Of a stretch of DNA of 64,000 nucleotides, positions 1 to 9,299 are shown piece after piece. This stretch comes from an uncultured Burkholderiales bacterium (GTDB taxonomy: Bacteria > Actinomycetota > Acidimicrobiia > IMCC26256 > JAGPDB01): contig CAZLQP010000002.1 of assembly GCA_964561855.1 (NCBI GenBank), positions 99 through 64,098 of the forward strand, in the 5' to 3' direction. A program made the position numbers and the translations under genes. Position 1 is the first letter of the stretch. The number at the start of each line of letters is the position of its first letter. Under the pieces are notes generated by a model. That model did not search any database. It had not been told where the DNA came from and saw only the letters and a list, made by a program, of their open reading frames with translations.

Positions 1-771
1 GCATTCTCTAGACATCCTGGAGCTTTTTCTAGACGTGGAATCAGGTTTCACAACAAAGGAATCCAGATAGCTCGTAAAGAAGCATCAGCATTGATTGTTC
101 CTTCTCGATTTACACATGATGAACTTGTACGCGAAGGCGTTGATCCTGCCAGAATTCATGTGATACCCCATGGAATTGATATTGATGAAAATGTTGATAC
201 TTCAAACGATAAAAACATTATCGAATCTTTGGGAGTACCAACACGTTATGTTTTGGCTGTCGGAACAATAGAGCCTCGTAAGAACCTTCCGATGCTTGTG
301 CGCGCAATAGAGACAGTGCGCTCTCGTGGCGAAGATATCGCTTTGGTCCTCGTTGGTCCTCGAGGTTGGGGTGAAGTTACAGGTTTAGAAAGAGACTTTG
401 TTTACGAAACAGGACGAGTTTCGGATGAGATTTTGGATGCTCTCATGCGTCAAGCGATTGTCTATTGCGTCCCAAGCGTCTATGAAGGATTCGGAATGCC
501 TGCATTAGAAGCTATGGCTCGCAAAACTGCAGTCATCGCCTCTGGCGTAGCTTCTTTGCCTGAAGTGGTGGGCGATGCTGGAACACTTCTAGATCCACTC
601 GATTCTGCAGCATGGGCGTTAGCAATTGAACACGTCGCAACAGATGAAGAATTTCGCATGGAACAAGCAAACCGCGGCCTTACCCGCGCAAAAAGTTTTA
701 CATGGGAAGCTTCCGCTCGAGCGCACGTTGGTGCATATCGAGATGCGCTTCGCAACTGGCGTAAACATTAA
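1..771 (+). CDS. Glycosyltransferase (GT-B fold, GT4-like), 5' end cut by window edge
   Basis: Frame 1 is open from nt 1, and the listed ORF start at 91 is an internal TTG. C-terminal GT4 motifs are present: EPRKN and YEGFGMPALEAMA. Confidence 0.8.
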   Translation, partial: AFSRHPGAFSRRGIRFHNKGIQIARKEASALIVPSRFTHDELVREGVDPARIHVIPHGIDIDENVDTSNDKNIIESLGVPTRYVLAVGTIEPRKNLPMLVRAIETVRSRGEDIALVLVGPRGWGEVTGLERDFVYETGRVSDEILDALMRQAIVYCVPSVYEGFGMPALEAMARKTAVIASGVASLPEVVGDAGTLLDPLDSAAWALAIEHVATDEEFRMEQANRGLTRAKSFTWEASARAHVGAYRDALRNWRKH

Positions 772-780
772 AGGTTTTTG

Positions 781-1944
781 ATGTCAAAAAAGCGTGTCGC
801 GATTGATGCAACAGCTACACCCTTGGCTTTAACGGGTGCAGGATATTATGTTCAAGAGCTGATCAAACAGTTAGATGGTTCTGATGAAATTGAGCTTTTT
901 ATTATCACGAAAAAATGTGACTTAGATCGTTTTCAAGCGATTGCTCCAAATTCCAAGATTCTAAACAAAGGACCAAACAGTATTGTTGGGAGAGTGTTGT
1001 TTCAAACGTTTCAGCTTGGAAAGTTTGTTGATGATTTGAGTGTTGATCTTTTTCACGGACCTCATTATCAAGTTCCATTAAAAATGAAAACGAAAAGTGT
1101 TGTGACGATTCATGACATGACGATGATCACACATCCCGAAGTACATAAATTTACAAAGCGTTTGTATTTTACGAAGATGATTCCTTTTGCCATAAAAAAG
1201 TCAGAAGCAATCATAACGGTAAGCCAACACACAGCAGATGATGTTGCAAAATTAGGATTAGCGAACGAAAAAATAACAGTTGCTCCTCTAGGAGTAAACA
1301 CCTCCCGCTTCACTGCCAACACTCCGGGGGTCCGTCCCTACAAATCAGACAAAACCGACAGCAACCTTTTGAAGGGTCGAGGAATTGAAGGATCTTTCAT
1401 TGCGTTCTTAGGTCTGATCGAGCCAAGAAAATGTGTACCTACACTCGTCAGAGCTTTTTCGAAGATCGCTGAAGATTTTCCAGAACACAAACTCGTAATC
1501 GCTGGAGCTGAAGGCTGGGGAATCGACGAAGTTAGAACTGCTATTGCTGAAAGTAAGACCTCATCAAGGATCGTATTGCCAGGAAGACTTTCCGATGATG
1601 AAGTACCTGCGTTACTCAGAGAATGTGATGTATTTGTCTATCCTTCGATGTATGAGGGATTTGGAATGCCAGTGATTGAAGCTATGGCTTGTGGGGCCCC
1701 TGTGATCACAACACGATCTTCTTCTTTATCGGAAGTCGCGGGAGATGCAGCAACTTTGATTGAACCAAAAAATGAAATCGAGCTTTCAGAAGCGTTGTCG
1801 AAGTTGTTATCTGATGAGCAATTGAGAAAAGATTTTTCTGCTCGCAGCATAAAAAGAGCAAAAGAATTCACCTGGGAAAATTGCGCCAAGCATCATATTG
1901 ATGCTTTTGTTAACGCAATAGGGTCAGACCCTATTAGAGGCTAG
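781..1944 (+). CDS. Glycosyltransferase (GT4-like)
   Basis: 388-aa ORF with the motifs EPRKC and YEGFGMPVIEAMACGAPVI. The ATG at 781 follows the TTG at 778 and has an AAAGG 8 nt upstream. The last residues (GSDPIRG) are encoded by a palindromic repeat. Confidence 0.85.
   Translation: MSKKRVAIDATATPLALTGAGYYVQELIKQLDGSDEIELFIITKKCDLDRFQAIAPNSKILNKGPNSIVGRVLFQTFQLGKFVDDLSVDLFHGPHYQVPLKMKTKSVVTIHDMTMITHPEVHKFTKRLYFTKMIPFAIKKSEAIITVSQHTADDVAKLGLANEKITVAPLGVNTSRFTANTPGVRPYKSDKTDSNLLKGRGIEGSFIAFLGLIEPRKCVPTLVRAFSKIAEDFPEHKLVIAGAEGWGIDEVRTAIAESKTSSRIVLPGRLSDDEVPALLRECDVFVYPSMYEGFGMPVIEAMACGAPVITTRSSSLSEVAGDAATLIEPKNEIELSEALSKLLSDEQLRKDFSARSIKRAKEFTWENCAKHHIDAFVNAIGSDPIRG
1918..1934. repeat. Palindromic unit ATAGGGTCAGACCCTAT (family 1)
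   Basis: 17-nt odd palindrome that lies on the convergent 3' ends of genes 781..1944 and 1941..3005. The same unit recurs at 4364-4380 and twice in 5526-5565. Confidence 0.85.
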
Positions 1945-3005
1945 GGGATCTTCACAGTAGAAGTATCTCCTACCATTAGCCTATATGCGCTTGGCTGAAC
2001 ATCATCTTTAACGACAACTGCATTGCGTCCCATGAGAGTATCCACAAGTCGAGTTACTCCTCGCACAACACCATCTTCCATTAATACAGAATGCTCGAGT
2101 TCAGAATCAACGATCTCAACTCCAGAAGCTATCGAAGAATAAGGTCCAATATAACTTCGCTCGATGATTGCATTTGGACCAATAACTACAGGTCCGCGAA
2201 TAGTGGAATCGATAATCTTGGCGCCCTCAGAAATGATCACTCGACCTTCTATCCGACTTGGTTCATCAACAGAACCTTTAATTTCAGTTTCGATCAGATC
2301 CAACACAATCCGATTCGCTTCCAACATATCTTGTAGTTTCCCGGTATCGATCCAAGGCGTATCTATCGTGTGCTGTTTTACATTTAATCCTTGATCGATC
2401 AACCATTGAATCGCATCAGTGATTTCTAACTCACCACGCGCAGAAGGTTCAATAGATCTAACTGCCTCGTGGATCTCCTTATCAAAAAGATATACACCCA
2501 CTAAAGCAAGATTACTTGGGGGATCTTTTGGTTTTTCTACAAGTCGGATCAATGAACCATCATTTGCTACTTCAGCAACACCAAACTGCCGTGGATCATC
2601 AACACTATTTAGAAGAACCATTGCATTTGGATTTTGCGAATTAAATTCGTCTACAAAACCTGTAATGCCACCAAGAACAACATTGTCGCCAAGGTACATC
2701 ACGAATGGATCATCACCAAGAAAATCTCGCGCTATCAGAACAGTATGTGCAAGACCAGAAGGCGCATCTTGTTCGATATAAGTAACGTTGATACCAAGTT
2801 CACTTCCATCACCCACTGCAGCACGGATGTCGTCGCCAGTTTCTCCAATAATTATGCCGACTTCAGTAATTCCTGCATCACGAATTGCTTCGAGTCCATA
2901 AAACAAAACCGGTTTGTTCGCTAAAGGAACAAGCTGTTTTGCGCACGTATAAGTGATAGGTCTCAACCGTGAACCGGTTCCACCTGATAAAACCAATGCC
3001 TTCAT
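1941..3005 (-). CDS. Sugar-1-phosphate nucleotidyltransferase (glucose-1-phosphate thymidylyltransferase-like, long form with C-terminal left-handed beta-helix)
   Basis: 354 aa. The N-terminus LSGGTGSRLRPIT is the nucleotidyltransferase signature. The C-terminal hexapeptide-like repeats are typical of the long form. Confidence 0.8.
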   Translation of the reverse strand: MKALVLSGGTGSRLRPITYTCAKQLVPLANKPVLFYGLEAIRDAGITEVGIIIGETGDDIRAAVGDGSELGINVTYIEQDAPSGLAHTVLIARDFLGDDPFVMYLGDNVVLGGITGFVDEFNSQNPNAMVLLNSVDDPRQFGVAEVANDGSLIRLVEKPKDPPSNLALVGVYLFDKEIHEAVRSIEPSARGELEITDAIQWLIDQGLNVKQHTIDTPWIDTGKLQDMLEANRIVLDLIETEIKGSVDEPSRIEGRVIISEGAKIIDSTIRGPVVIGPNAIIERSYIGPYSSIASGVEIVDSELEHSVLMEDGVVRGVTRLVDTLMGRNAVVVKDDVQPSAYRLMVGDTSTVKIP

Positions 3006-3055
3006 ATCTACAGTCTAAAGCGTTAGCGCTCTCTAATTCGAAAAAGCTGTTATTT

Positions 3056-3844
3056 TCAGGTATTTAAAAGTTCTTCTGCAGACAAATCATCTTGAGGTCC
3101 TGATATGAATCTATCGAGCCACCCAAGCAAAGTAGCCACCGCTCTGGGGTCATAACGCAACCTATGTCCAGAAGTTGGGATAATGCGCTTCTCGCAGTTT
3201 TGACCTAACGCAGCTGCGAGATCATGCGCAGCTTGTACCGGCACCACATCATCTTCGTTTCCATGGATAAGCAACGTTGGTATCGACTGCAAACGAGAAT
3301 TAACATCCAGTGGATGTAACGCACGAAATTCCTGAATCCAAACATTAGGATCTGCTGGATATTCAGGATCATGCAGTAGTCCAACATTTCTCACGTGTGC
3401 TAGAAATTGCTTCGGGTTTTGTATCCACTCATCCAAAGTTGATGGACAAGAAATCAATACAAGGCCCTTCACTCTATTGTCACTTGCAGCATGCTCTAAT
3501 GCGAGAACTCCGCCAAGAGATGTACCAATAAGAATTACTGAATCAACATCTTCACGTTCAGTCATCGCATCTACTGCCGCGCGAATATCTCTTCTCCAGT
3601 TCGGCACAGAAAACTCTCCTGGAGAATCTCCAGTTCCTCGCATTAAGAAAAAGAGTGTCACAACGCCATTTTCTTGAGTTAGTCGATCGGCAAGTTCAGG
3701 ATATGAAGCAGCAAAAGTCGCACCACCATGTGAACCTACAGGGATACCATGAAGAATTATCACACCCACTTTACGAGTGTGTAGCTGTGGTTCGCTCCAG
3801 TGAGCTACCAAAGATACAGAGTCTGATTCGAGGAATGATTCCAT
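3056..3844 (-). CDS. Alpha/beta-fold hydrolase
   Basis: 262 aa with the nucleophile elbow GTSLGG, a C-terminal HG..D and an SGH motif. Confidence 0.7.
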   Translation of the reverse strand: MESFLESDSVSLVAHWSEPQLHTRKVGVIILHGIPVGSHGGATFAASYPELADRLTQENGVVTLFFLMRGTGDSPGEFSVPNWRRDIRAAVDAMTEREDVDSVILIGTSLGGVLALEHAASDNRVKGLVLISCPSTLDEWIQNPKQFLAHVRNVGLLHDPEYPADPNVWIQEFRALHPLDVNSRLQSIPTLLIHGNEDDVVPVQAAHDLAAALGQNCEKRIIPTSGHRLRYDPRAVATLLGWLDRFISGPQDDLSAEELLNT

Positions 3845-3878
3845 AATGTAATGCTATCGGAAACTGCTAGATGAATAT

Positions 3879-4301
3879 TTACACTTCTGTAATAATTGCA
3901 TTGATTTCTTCTAAATAGTTGAATGAATGGTCAATTATTTTGACTATTGATTCATAATCGACATCCAATTCTGGCTTGTGTGCTTTAATTTTTTCAGCAA
4001 TATCAGAGGACTTTAATTTTGTTTCTTTGTTGCTTTGATCGCTTTGATCCAATGACTCTTTTATTAGATTATGTTCACTTAATACATGCACAAAGGAATG
4101 AAGTATTTCATCGAGCTCTTTAGGTGTAACTTTTGAGCCTGTCTCTTCATCAAGTTTCTCAAAAATTACGTCATACATCCTGTCCATGTCGATTAATGGT
4201 GTTGGAGGATTCTGGGCAAATTGCTTCGCTTGTCTCGCTATCAAAAAAGAAGAAAGGACAATACTGATGATTATGATGACAACGATCAGGCTTATAGACA
4301 T
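3879..4301 (-). CDS. Hypothetical N-terminally membrane-anchored protein
   Basis: 140-aa ORF with one N-terminal hydrophobic helix (ISLIVVIIIISIVLSSFLI). I recognised no family. Confidence 0.5.
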   Translation of the reverse strand: MSISLIVVIIIISIVLSSFLIARQAKQFAQNPPTPLIDMDRMYDVIFEKLDEETGSKVTPKELDEILHSFVHVLSEHNLIKESLDQSDQSNKETKLKSSDIAEKIKAHKPELDVDYESIVKIIDHSFNYLEEINAIITEV

Positions 4302-4363
4302 ACCTACAATATAGCCTTACGATCTAGCGATTTACCTACCTGATGCATTTGTGTGACTTGTCT

Positions 4364-4380
4364 ATAGGGTCAGACCCTAT
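4364..4380. repeat. Palindromic unit ATAGGGTCAGACCCTAT (family 1)
   Basis: Exact copy of the 1918-1934 unit. It directly abuts the TAA stop (4381-4383) of the acyl-CoA dehydrogenase gene. Confidence 0.85.
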
Positions 4381-5508
4381 TTAGACACTCTGTCTGAGAT
4401 CTTCAGCTAATTGTTGGGCGTGTTTATGAGGTAAGCCTAGGTAGGCGTTCATGAATGCTGAGCGTTTGAAGTAAAGCTGAGCGTCATGTTCCATCGTAAA
4501 ACCGATACCACCATGAATCTGGATGTTCTCCCCTGCAGCGTGTGAAAATGCTTTAGAACAGTAGTATTTTGCCATGGAAGCAACGTGACTCAAATCATCT
4601 TGGAGATCATCACCTGCAAATCCTGCATCTTGACTTGCAAGCCAAGCACCATAGAGCGCAATCGATCTGGCACTTTGTGTTTCTAACAACATGTCAGCAC
4701 ACTTATGTTTGATTGCTTGAAAACTTCCTATTGGGCGACCAAATTGTTTCCGATCTTTGGCATATTGGACTGCCATATCGAGCACTGCCTGAGATGATCC
4801 AACAATTTCATTAGATAAAGCAACGGTCGTTCGTGCTAAAGCACGCAAATAATTCTTAGAGGAATCTCCGTCAGAAAGGATTTGTGCGTAAACACCTGTC
4901 AGATCGATTTTTGCTAGCGGTATAGTTTGATCAATAGATGGAACTATCGTTCTATTGACACCATCTTGATTCAAATCTACATATACAAAATCATTATTTT
5001 CGGTTGCGAAAAAATACAGTTTGTCAGCATCGAGACCAAAAGGAACTTGAGATAAAGTTGTACTCAATACCACTCCGCCACTTCCAGTATCTCTCGGAAG
5101 TGAATCTAAACCATCGCGATTTACTTCATCAGCAAATATAACCGTTGCTAGCTGATCCCCCGAAACTAATTCAGGTAAATGCTGTGCCTTTGCTTCATCT
5201 GTCGCACACTCCATTAAAGCGATCTGCGAAAAGATGTGAGCTCGAAATGGTGTCGGGGATAGGAAGTAGCCAAGTTGTTCTTGCGCAACAGAAATCTCAA
5301 CATCGCTCGCTCCGTAACCACCGTATTTTTCAGGAACCACTAATGAGGCCAATCCTAATTCAGTACACAATGCGGAATATAGTGCTTGGTCATATCCATT
5401 ATCCGAGACAATGGCTTGCCGAATTGCATCGCTCGTCGAACGTTTCGAAAGGAAGTCTTTAACAGCATCTTGTAGGGATAATTGTTCATCATTTAAAGCA
5501 AACTTCAC
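4381..5508 (-). CDS. Acyl-CoA dehydrogenase family protein
   Basis: 375 aa with an ACAD-like C-terminal domain (QIHGGIGFTMEHDAQLYFKR). The GTG start overlaps the upstream ACAD stop as GTGA. Confidence 0.8.
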   Translation of the reverse strand: MKFALNDEQLSLQDAVKDFLSKRSTSDAIRQAIVSDNGYDQALYSALCTELGLASLVVPEKYGGYGASDVEISVAQEQLGYFLSPTPFRAHIFSQIALMECATDEAKAQHLPELVSGDQLATVIFADEVNRDGLDSLPRDTGSGGVVLSTTLSQVPFGLDADKLYFFATENNDFVYVDLNQDGVNRTIVPSIDQTIPLAKIDLTGVYAQILSDGDSSKNYLRALARTTVALSNEIVGSSQAVLDMAVQYAKDRKQFGRPIGSFQAIKHKCADMLLETQSARSIALYGAWLASQDAGFAGDDLQDDLSHVASMAKYYCSKAFSHAAGENIQIHGGIGFTMEHDAQLYFKRSAFMNAYLGLPHKHAQQLAEDLRQSV

Positions 5509-6773
5509 TTTGAACCGCCTTCGTTAATAGGGTCTGACCCTTTGGACAAAGGGTCAGACCCTATTTGAGACGACGCGCGGAAGGGATCTTTGGGAAGTCC
5601 TAAGACTTGTTCGGCGAGAATGTTTTTTTGAATTTCGCTTGTTCCGGCATAAATAGTTTCCGAACGAGAAAACATAAAAATGCGTTGCAAGTCATTCACT
5701 TCATATTCATTCGGATCTTGATAGCTTGCACTAAGCCCATCAAGGCCGAGCACGTCCATTACTCTTTCGCCAAAAGTACGATGCCAAGAAGACCAATAAA
5801 GTTTTCCAATACTAGAAGCTGGACCTAGAACACCTTTGTCGACAAGTTCAGTAAGCATTCTCATTCCGTTATATTTCATGATCTGAACACCTACATAACT
5901 ATCAACTAGTTCCGCCATAATGGTGTCATCGTTTGCAGCGCCATTTTGTTTTGCGACTTCCAAAACAGTTTCAACTTCTCTCGCAAAACTCAGTTGCTGG
6001 GCTAAAAATGCAGTACCGCGCTCAAAACCAAGCGTCGCCATAGCTATTTTCCAGCCATCATTCACCTCACCCACAACATTGTCTTTATGAGTTCGTGCAT
6101 TGTTAAAAAACACTTCGTTAAATTCTTTTGTTCCTGTCATTTGAACTAGCGGACGAACTTCTACGCCTTCTTGATCTAAGGGAATCAACATATAGGTTAA
6201 GCCAGCTTGGGGTTTAACTTTTGCGGCTTCTTTGTCTGTGCGCACAACAGCAAAAATCCAGTTCGATTTATGAGCTAGAGTCGTCCAAGTTTTCTGACCG
6301 TTAATTACCCACTCATCACCATCGAGTTCAGCTGTCATTGCAATAGCTGCTAAATCACTTCCGGCATTTGGCTCGCTATATCCTTGACACCAGATATCTT
6401 CGCACTTTTGAATTCGAGGTAATAACTCCCTCTTTTGATCCTCAGTACCATATGCCAACAAAGTTGGAGCAAAAAGTCCTTCGCCGAAAAAACTCGCCCG
6501 AGCTGGAGCATTCGCGCGAACATATTCTTGATTGAATATCACTTGCTCCATAAATGAAGCGTTACGACCACCATATTCTTCAGGCCAGCTCATCCCAAGC
6601 CATTTAGCTTCACCAAGCTTTTTCTCCCAAGCCAGACGTTCTTCCCAATGCTGGTCATCAATCGCGCCACCTTTTCCACCAACAGCTTTAAACTCGTCTG
6701 TGAGGTTTTCATCTAGCCATAAGCGCACTTGGGCTCTAAATTCGGCATCTTGTTTTGAGTCGGTTAAATCCAC
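5505..6773 (-). CDS. Acyl-CoA dehydrogenase family protein (C-terminus extended through a palindromic repeat)
   Basis: 422 aa with the ACAD motifs WCQGYSEPNAGSD and IYAGTSEIQKNILAEQVLGLP. The last ~25 aa (..IGSDPLSKGSDPINEGGSK) are encoded by the 40-nt palindrome. Confidence 0.85.
   Translation of the reverse strand: MDLTDSKQDAEFRAQVRLWLDENLTDEFKAVGGKGGAIDDQHWEERLAWEKKLGEAKWLGMSWPEEYGGRNASFMEQVIFNQEYVRANAPARASFFGEGLFAPTLLAYGTEDQKRELLPRIQKCEDIWCQGYSEPNAGSDLAAIAMTAELDGDEWVINGQKTWTTLAHKSNWIFAVVRTDKEAAKVKPQAGLTYMLIPLDQEGVEVRPLVQMTGTKEFNEVFFNNARTHKDNVVGEVNDGWKIAMATLGFERGTAFLAQQLSFAREVETVLEVAKQNGAANDDTIMAELVDSYVGVQIMKYNGMRMLTELVDKGVLGPASSIGKLYWSSWHRTFGERVMDVLGLDGLSASYQDPNEYEVNDLQRIFMFSRSETIYAGTSEIQKNILAEQVLGLPKDPFRASSQIGSDPLSKGSDPINEGGSK
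5526..5565. repeat. Perfect 19+19-nt inverted repeat made of two family-1 units
   Basis: The sequence is AATAGGGTCTGACCCTTTG-GA-CAAAGGGTCAGACCCTATT. It lies inside the 3' end of CDS 5505..6773, just upstream of the coupled start of CDS 4381..5508. Confidence 0.9.
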
Positions 6774-6806
6774 AGTTATCTTTCGTCACTAGAATATAAA
6801 AACTAT

Positions 6807-7412
6807 ATGACTAAAGTATACGAGGATTCGACGGTATTGGTGGAGCATGTAGTCGTTGGACCCTTACAAAATAATGTATTTACCCTCACATGTACTCAAA
6901 CTGGTGAAGGCGTGCTTATCGACGCAGCAGACGAAGATGAGTTGTTACTTGATATGTGTAAACGCACAGGTGTACGAAAGGTGATCACTACTCATGGACA
7001 TTTCGATCATATTGGCGCTGTAGTTGCACTTCGAGACCAAGGTATAGATATCGGTATACATGATAACGATGCTTCAATGCTTCCAAGCTATGACTATATT
7101 TTGCACGATGAAGAAATAATAACTGTTGGTGAAATGAAACTTGAACTCATTCATACTCCAGGACATACTCCGGGATCGGTTTGCATACGAGTGAAAGACA
7201 CGCCGTTATTATTCAGTGGAGATACTCTTTTCCCAGGAGGTCCGGGTGCTACGCATTTTCCTGGAGGAGATTTCAAAACAATCATGGATTCAATCGAACG
7301 ACGTTTGATGACTTTGGATAAAGAGACGTTCGTGCTTCCAGGCCACGGAAGCTCAACAACGATTGAAAATGAAAGACCTTCAATCGAAATGTGGGCTCAA
7401 AGAGGTTGGTAA
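6807..7412 (+). CDS. MBL-fold metallo-hydrolase (glyoxalase II-like)
   Basis: 201 aa with the metal-binding motif THGHFDH and later HTPGHTPGS. Confidence 0.85.
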   Translation: MTKVYEDSTVLVEHVVVGPLQNNVFTLTCTQTGEGVLIDAADEDELLLDMCKRTGVRKVITTHGHFDHIGAVVALRDQGIDIGIHDNDASMLPSYDYILHDEEIITVGEMKLELIHTPGHTPGSVCIRVKDTPLLFSGDTLFPGGPGATHFPGGDFKTIMDSIERRLMTLDKETFVLPGHGSSTTIENERPSIEMWAQRGW

Positions 7413-7414
7413 AT

Positions 7415-8335
7415 CTAACTCATGCTTCTTGGCGGATTCCAGGGTTTTGGAACCTTTAAAAAATCATAAATCGACAAGCACACTACCGAAAGAGCAAAGC
7501 CAAATGCTGCAGCTCCAACCAGTCCAGGATTAAGACTAGATATTCCAGCTACGAGTGCAGTCAGAGAAATAGCACCAATCGCCATAAATAATGTCGGCAA
7601 TACAACTTTTTGTTTTACATACTTTCTAAAAAGTCGTTTCGCATATGACACAGTAAAGTTCTTTAACAATGCAGGAATCACTTTCTTAAGACTTATCCCC
7701 GAAACTTCATCACGATAAACGGCAGGTATCGGCACATCCAAAACAGGAATGTTATGTTCATTCAAACGAGTTAACATATCATTTTCGAACTCGTAACCTT
7801 TAGATATTGTCAGGTAGTCAATCTCATCAAGCAGATCGACGCGCAAAGCGGTGTAACCATTTTGCGGATCTGTTACATTCCAATATCCACCAACGGCTTT
7901 ATGCATATACGAAAGTACATAGTTTCCAAAAATACGATATTTCGGCATTCCGGAATGAGAGTTTCTCGAAAACAATCTATTGCCTTTTGTATACCCATAT
8001 AGTCCGTCAACTACAGGGTCGAGAAGTTTTGTAAGATAGTTGGGATCCATCTGACCATCGCCAGCAAAAACCGCGTTGATCTGACTACCTTGATTTTTAG
8101 CAACTTCGTGTGCAGTTAAAATTGCACCACCTACCCCAGTATTTACTTCGTGGCGGGTAACGAAAACTCTTTCATCTCCAGTAGACGATGCGATATCGAA
8201 AGTCGAATCAGAACTAGTGTCATCAGTGATTGCAATCACATCAACAATTTCAGGCATAGTAACAATTACTTCTTTAATGTGGTTTTCCTCATTGTGTGCA
8301 GGAACCACAGCAGCAATCTTTATGCCTCTATACAT
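7415..8335 (-). CDS. Family 2 glycosyltransferase with C-terminal transmembrane helices (polyprenyl-phosphate glycosyltransferase-like)
   Basis: 306 aa. The N-terminal GT-A region (AAVVPAHNEE, DD.SSD) is followed by two hydrophobic helices at the C-terminus. It overlaps the upstream gene by 8 nt. Confidence 0.8.
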   Translation of the reverse strand: MYRGIKIAAVVPAHNEENHIKEVIVTMPEIVDVIAITDDTSSDSTFDIASSTGDERVFVTRHEVNTGVGGAILTAHEVAKNQGSQINAVFAGDGQMDPNYLTKLLDPVVDGLYGYTKGNRLFSRNSHSGMPKYRIFGNYVLSYMHKAVGGYWNVTDPQNGYTALRVDLLDEIDYLTISKGYEFENDMLTRLNEHNIPVLDVPIPAVYRDEVSGISLKKVIPALLKNFTVSYAKRLFRKYVKQKVVLPTLFMAIGAISLTALVAGISSLNPGLVGAAAFGFALSVVCLSIYDFLKVPKPWNPPRSMS

Positions 8336-9299
8336 GCTGGATATCTTTCGTAAAAGTTATCGCTCCGTCAATTCTGAATGCCATATCCAATGCTTCAAGT
8401 GCGGTGCGGGGATTAACATTTGTTTTTCGGTTTTCTTTAATCGCAGCAACGAATTCTTGCTGTTCAAGCATTAGAGGTTCACCAAAGCGATCGATAAAAG
8501 GCAATTCCATCATTCCGTGCTGCTTAAATCTTGCTCCACCTTCAGTTGTGTATTCAACATGATCAACTCGCGAGATAACTATATCTTGGCGAAGCAAATC
8601 TGCATGCACTACTTCGTTCTTTTGCGACACTTCAATAGATCTTACTTTTTGCTGACCTATTCGAGATGCCACCAAAGATGCGGTGGTACCATCAACAAAT
8701 TCAATGAAAGCCGAAGCGAAATCCGCCCAATCGCTTAAAGGATTTTGACCGATGGCTTGGATATTTTTAATCTCTACTGGGTGCAGTGACCGTAAAAGCT
8801 CAAGGTCGTGAATCATAAGATCAGTCACGATGCTTTCTTTTACTCGATCAGAAAATGGGCTTATTCGTCGAAATTCGAAGTGCAATGGATCTTTTACATA
8901 TTGAGGCAATGCTAAAACTGCAGAGTTGAACCTTTCAACGTGACCTACTTGGAAAACCACATTATTCTTTTCGCTTAGTTCAACAAGTTCTCTACCTTGT
9001 TCAACAGTTTCAGTAATTGGCTTTTCCACCATGCAGGCAATGCCGTTTTCTAAAAACATTTTCGCAAGTTCATAATGACTACTTGTAGGAGTTGCAACAA
9101 TAACAGCATCAACAAGTCCGATTAATTCTGAAGGATTTGTAAGAATTGCAACATCATCTCGCAAAGCAAGCGCTTCAAGACGTGAAAGGTCACTATCACA
9201 AATAGCTGCAAGTTTTACATCACCATTTCTAAGAGCGACACGCATATGGTTTGAACCCATAATGCCAGCGCCAATAATTCCTAACTTAACTGGCTGCAT
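8328..9299 (-). CDS. Gfo/Idh/MocA-family NAD-dependent oxidoreductase (WbpB/WlbA-like sugar-nucleotide dehydrogenase)
   Basis: 323 aa with the Rossmann motif LGIIGAGIMGSNH. It sits in an operon with an aminotransferase and an acetyltransferase. Confidence 0.8.
   Translation of the reverse strand: MQPVKLGIIGAGIMGSNHMRVALRNGDVKLAAICDSDLSRLEALALRDDVAILTNPSELIGLVDAVIVATPTSSHYELAKMFLENGIACMVEKPITETVEQGRELVELSEKNNVVFQVGHVERFNSAVLALPQYVKDPLHFEFRRISPFSDRVKESIVTDLMIHDLELLRSLHPVEIKNIQAIGQNPLSDWADFASAFIEFVDGTTASLVASRIGQQKVRSIEVSQKNEVVHADLLRQDIVISRVDHVEYTTEGGARFKQHGMMELPFIDRFGEPLMLEQQEFVAAIKENRKTNVNPRTALEALDMAFRIDGAITFTKDIQHV

Noticed and set aside
1941-1944. Convergent genes sharing the tetranucleotide CTAG as overlapping stop codons.
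   Set aside because: This is a trivial consequence of TAG being self-overlapping in CTAG. The notable feature is the adjacent repeat, which is reported separately.
5620-5660. The ACAD motif IYAGTSEIQ has Ala where MCAD/SCAD have the catalytic Glu (YEGT).
   Set aside because: IVD/LCAD-type ACADs also lack Glu at this position and use a base on another helix. This is not evidence of inactivity without a full alignment.
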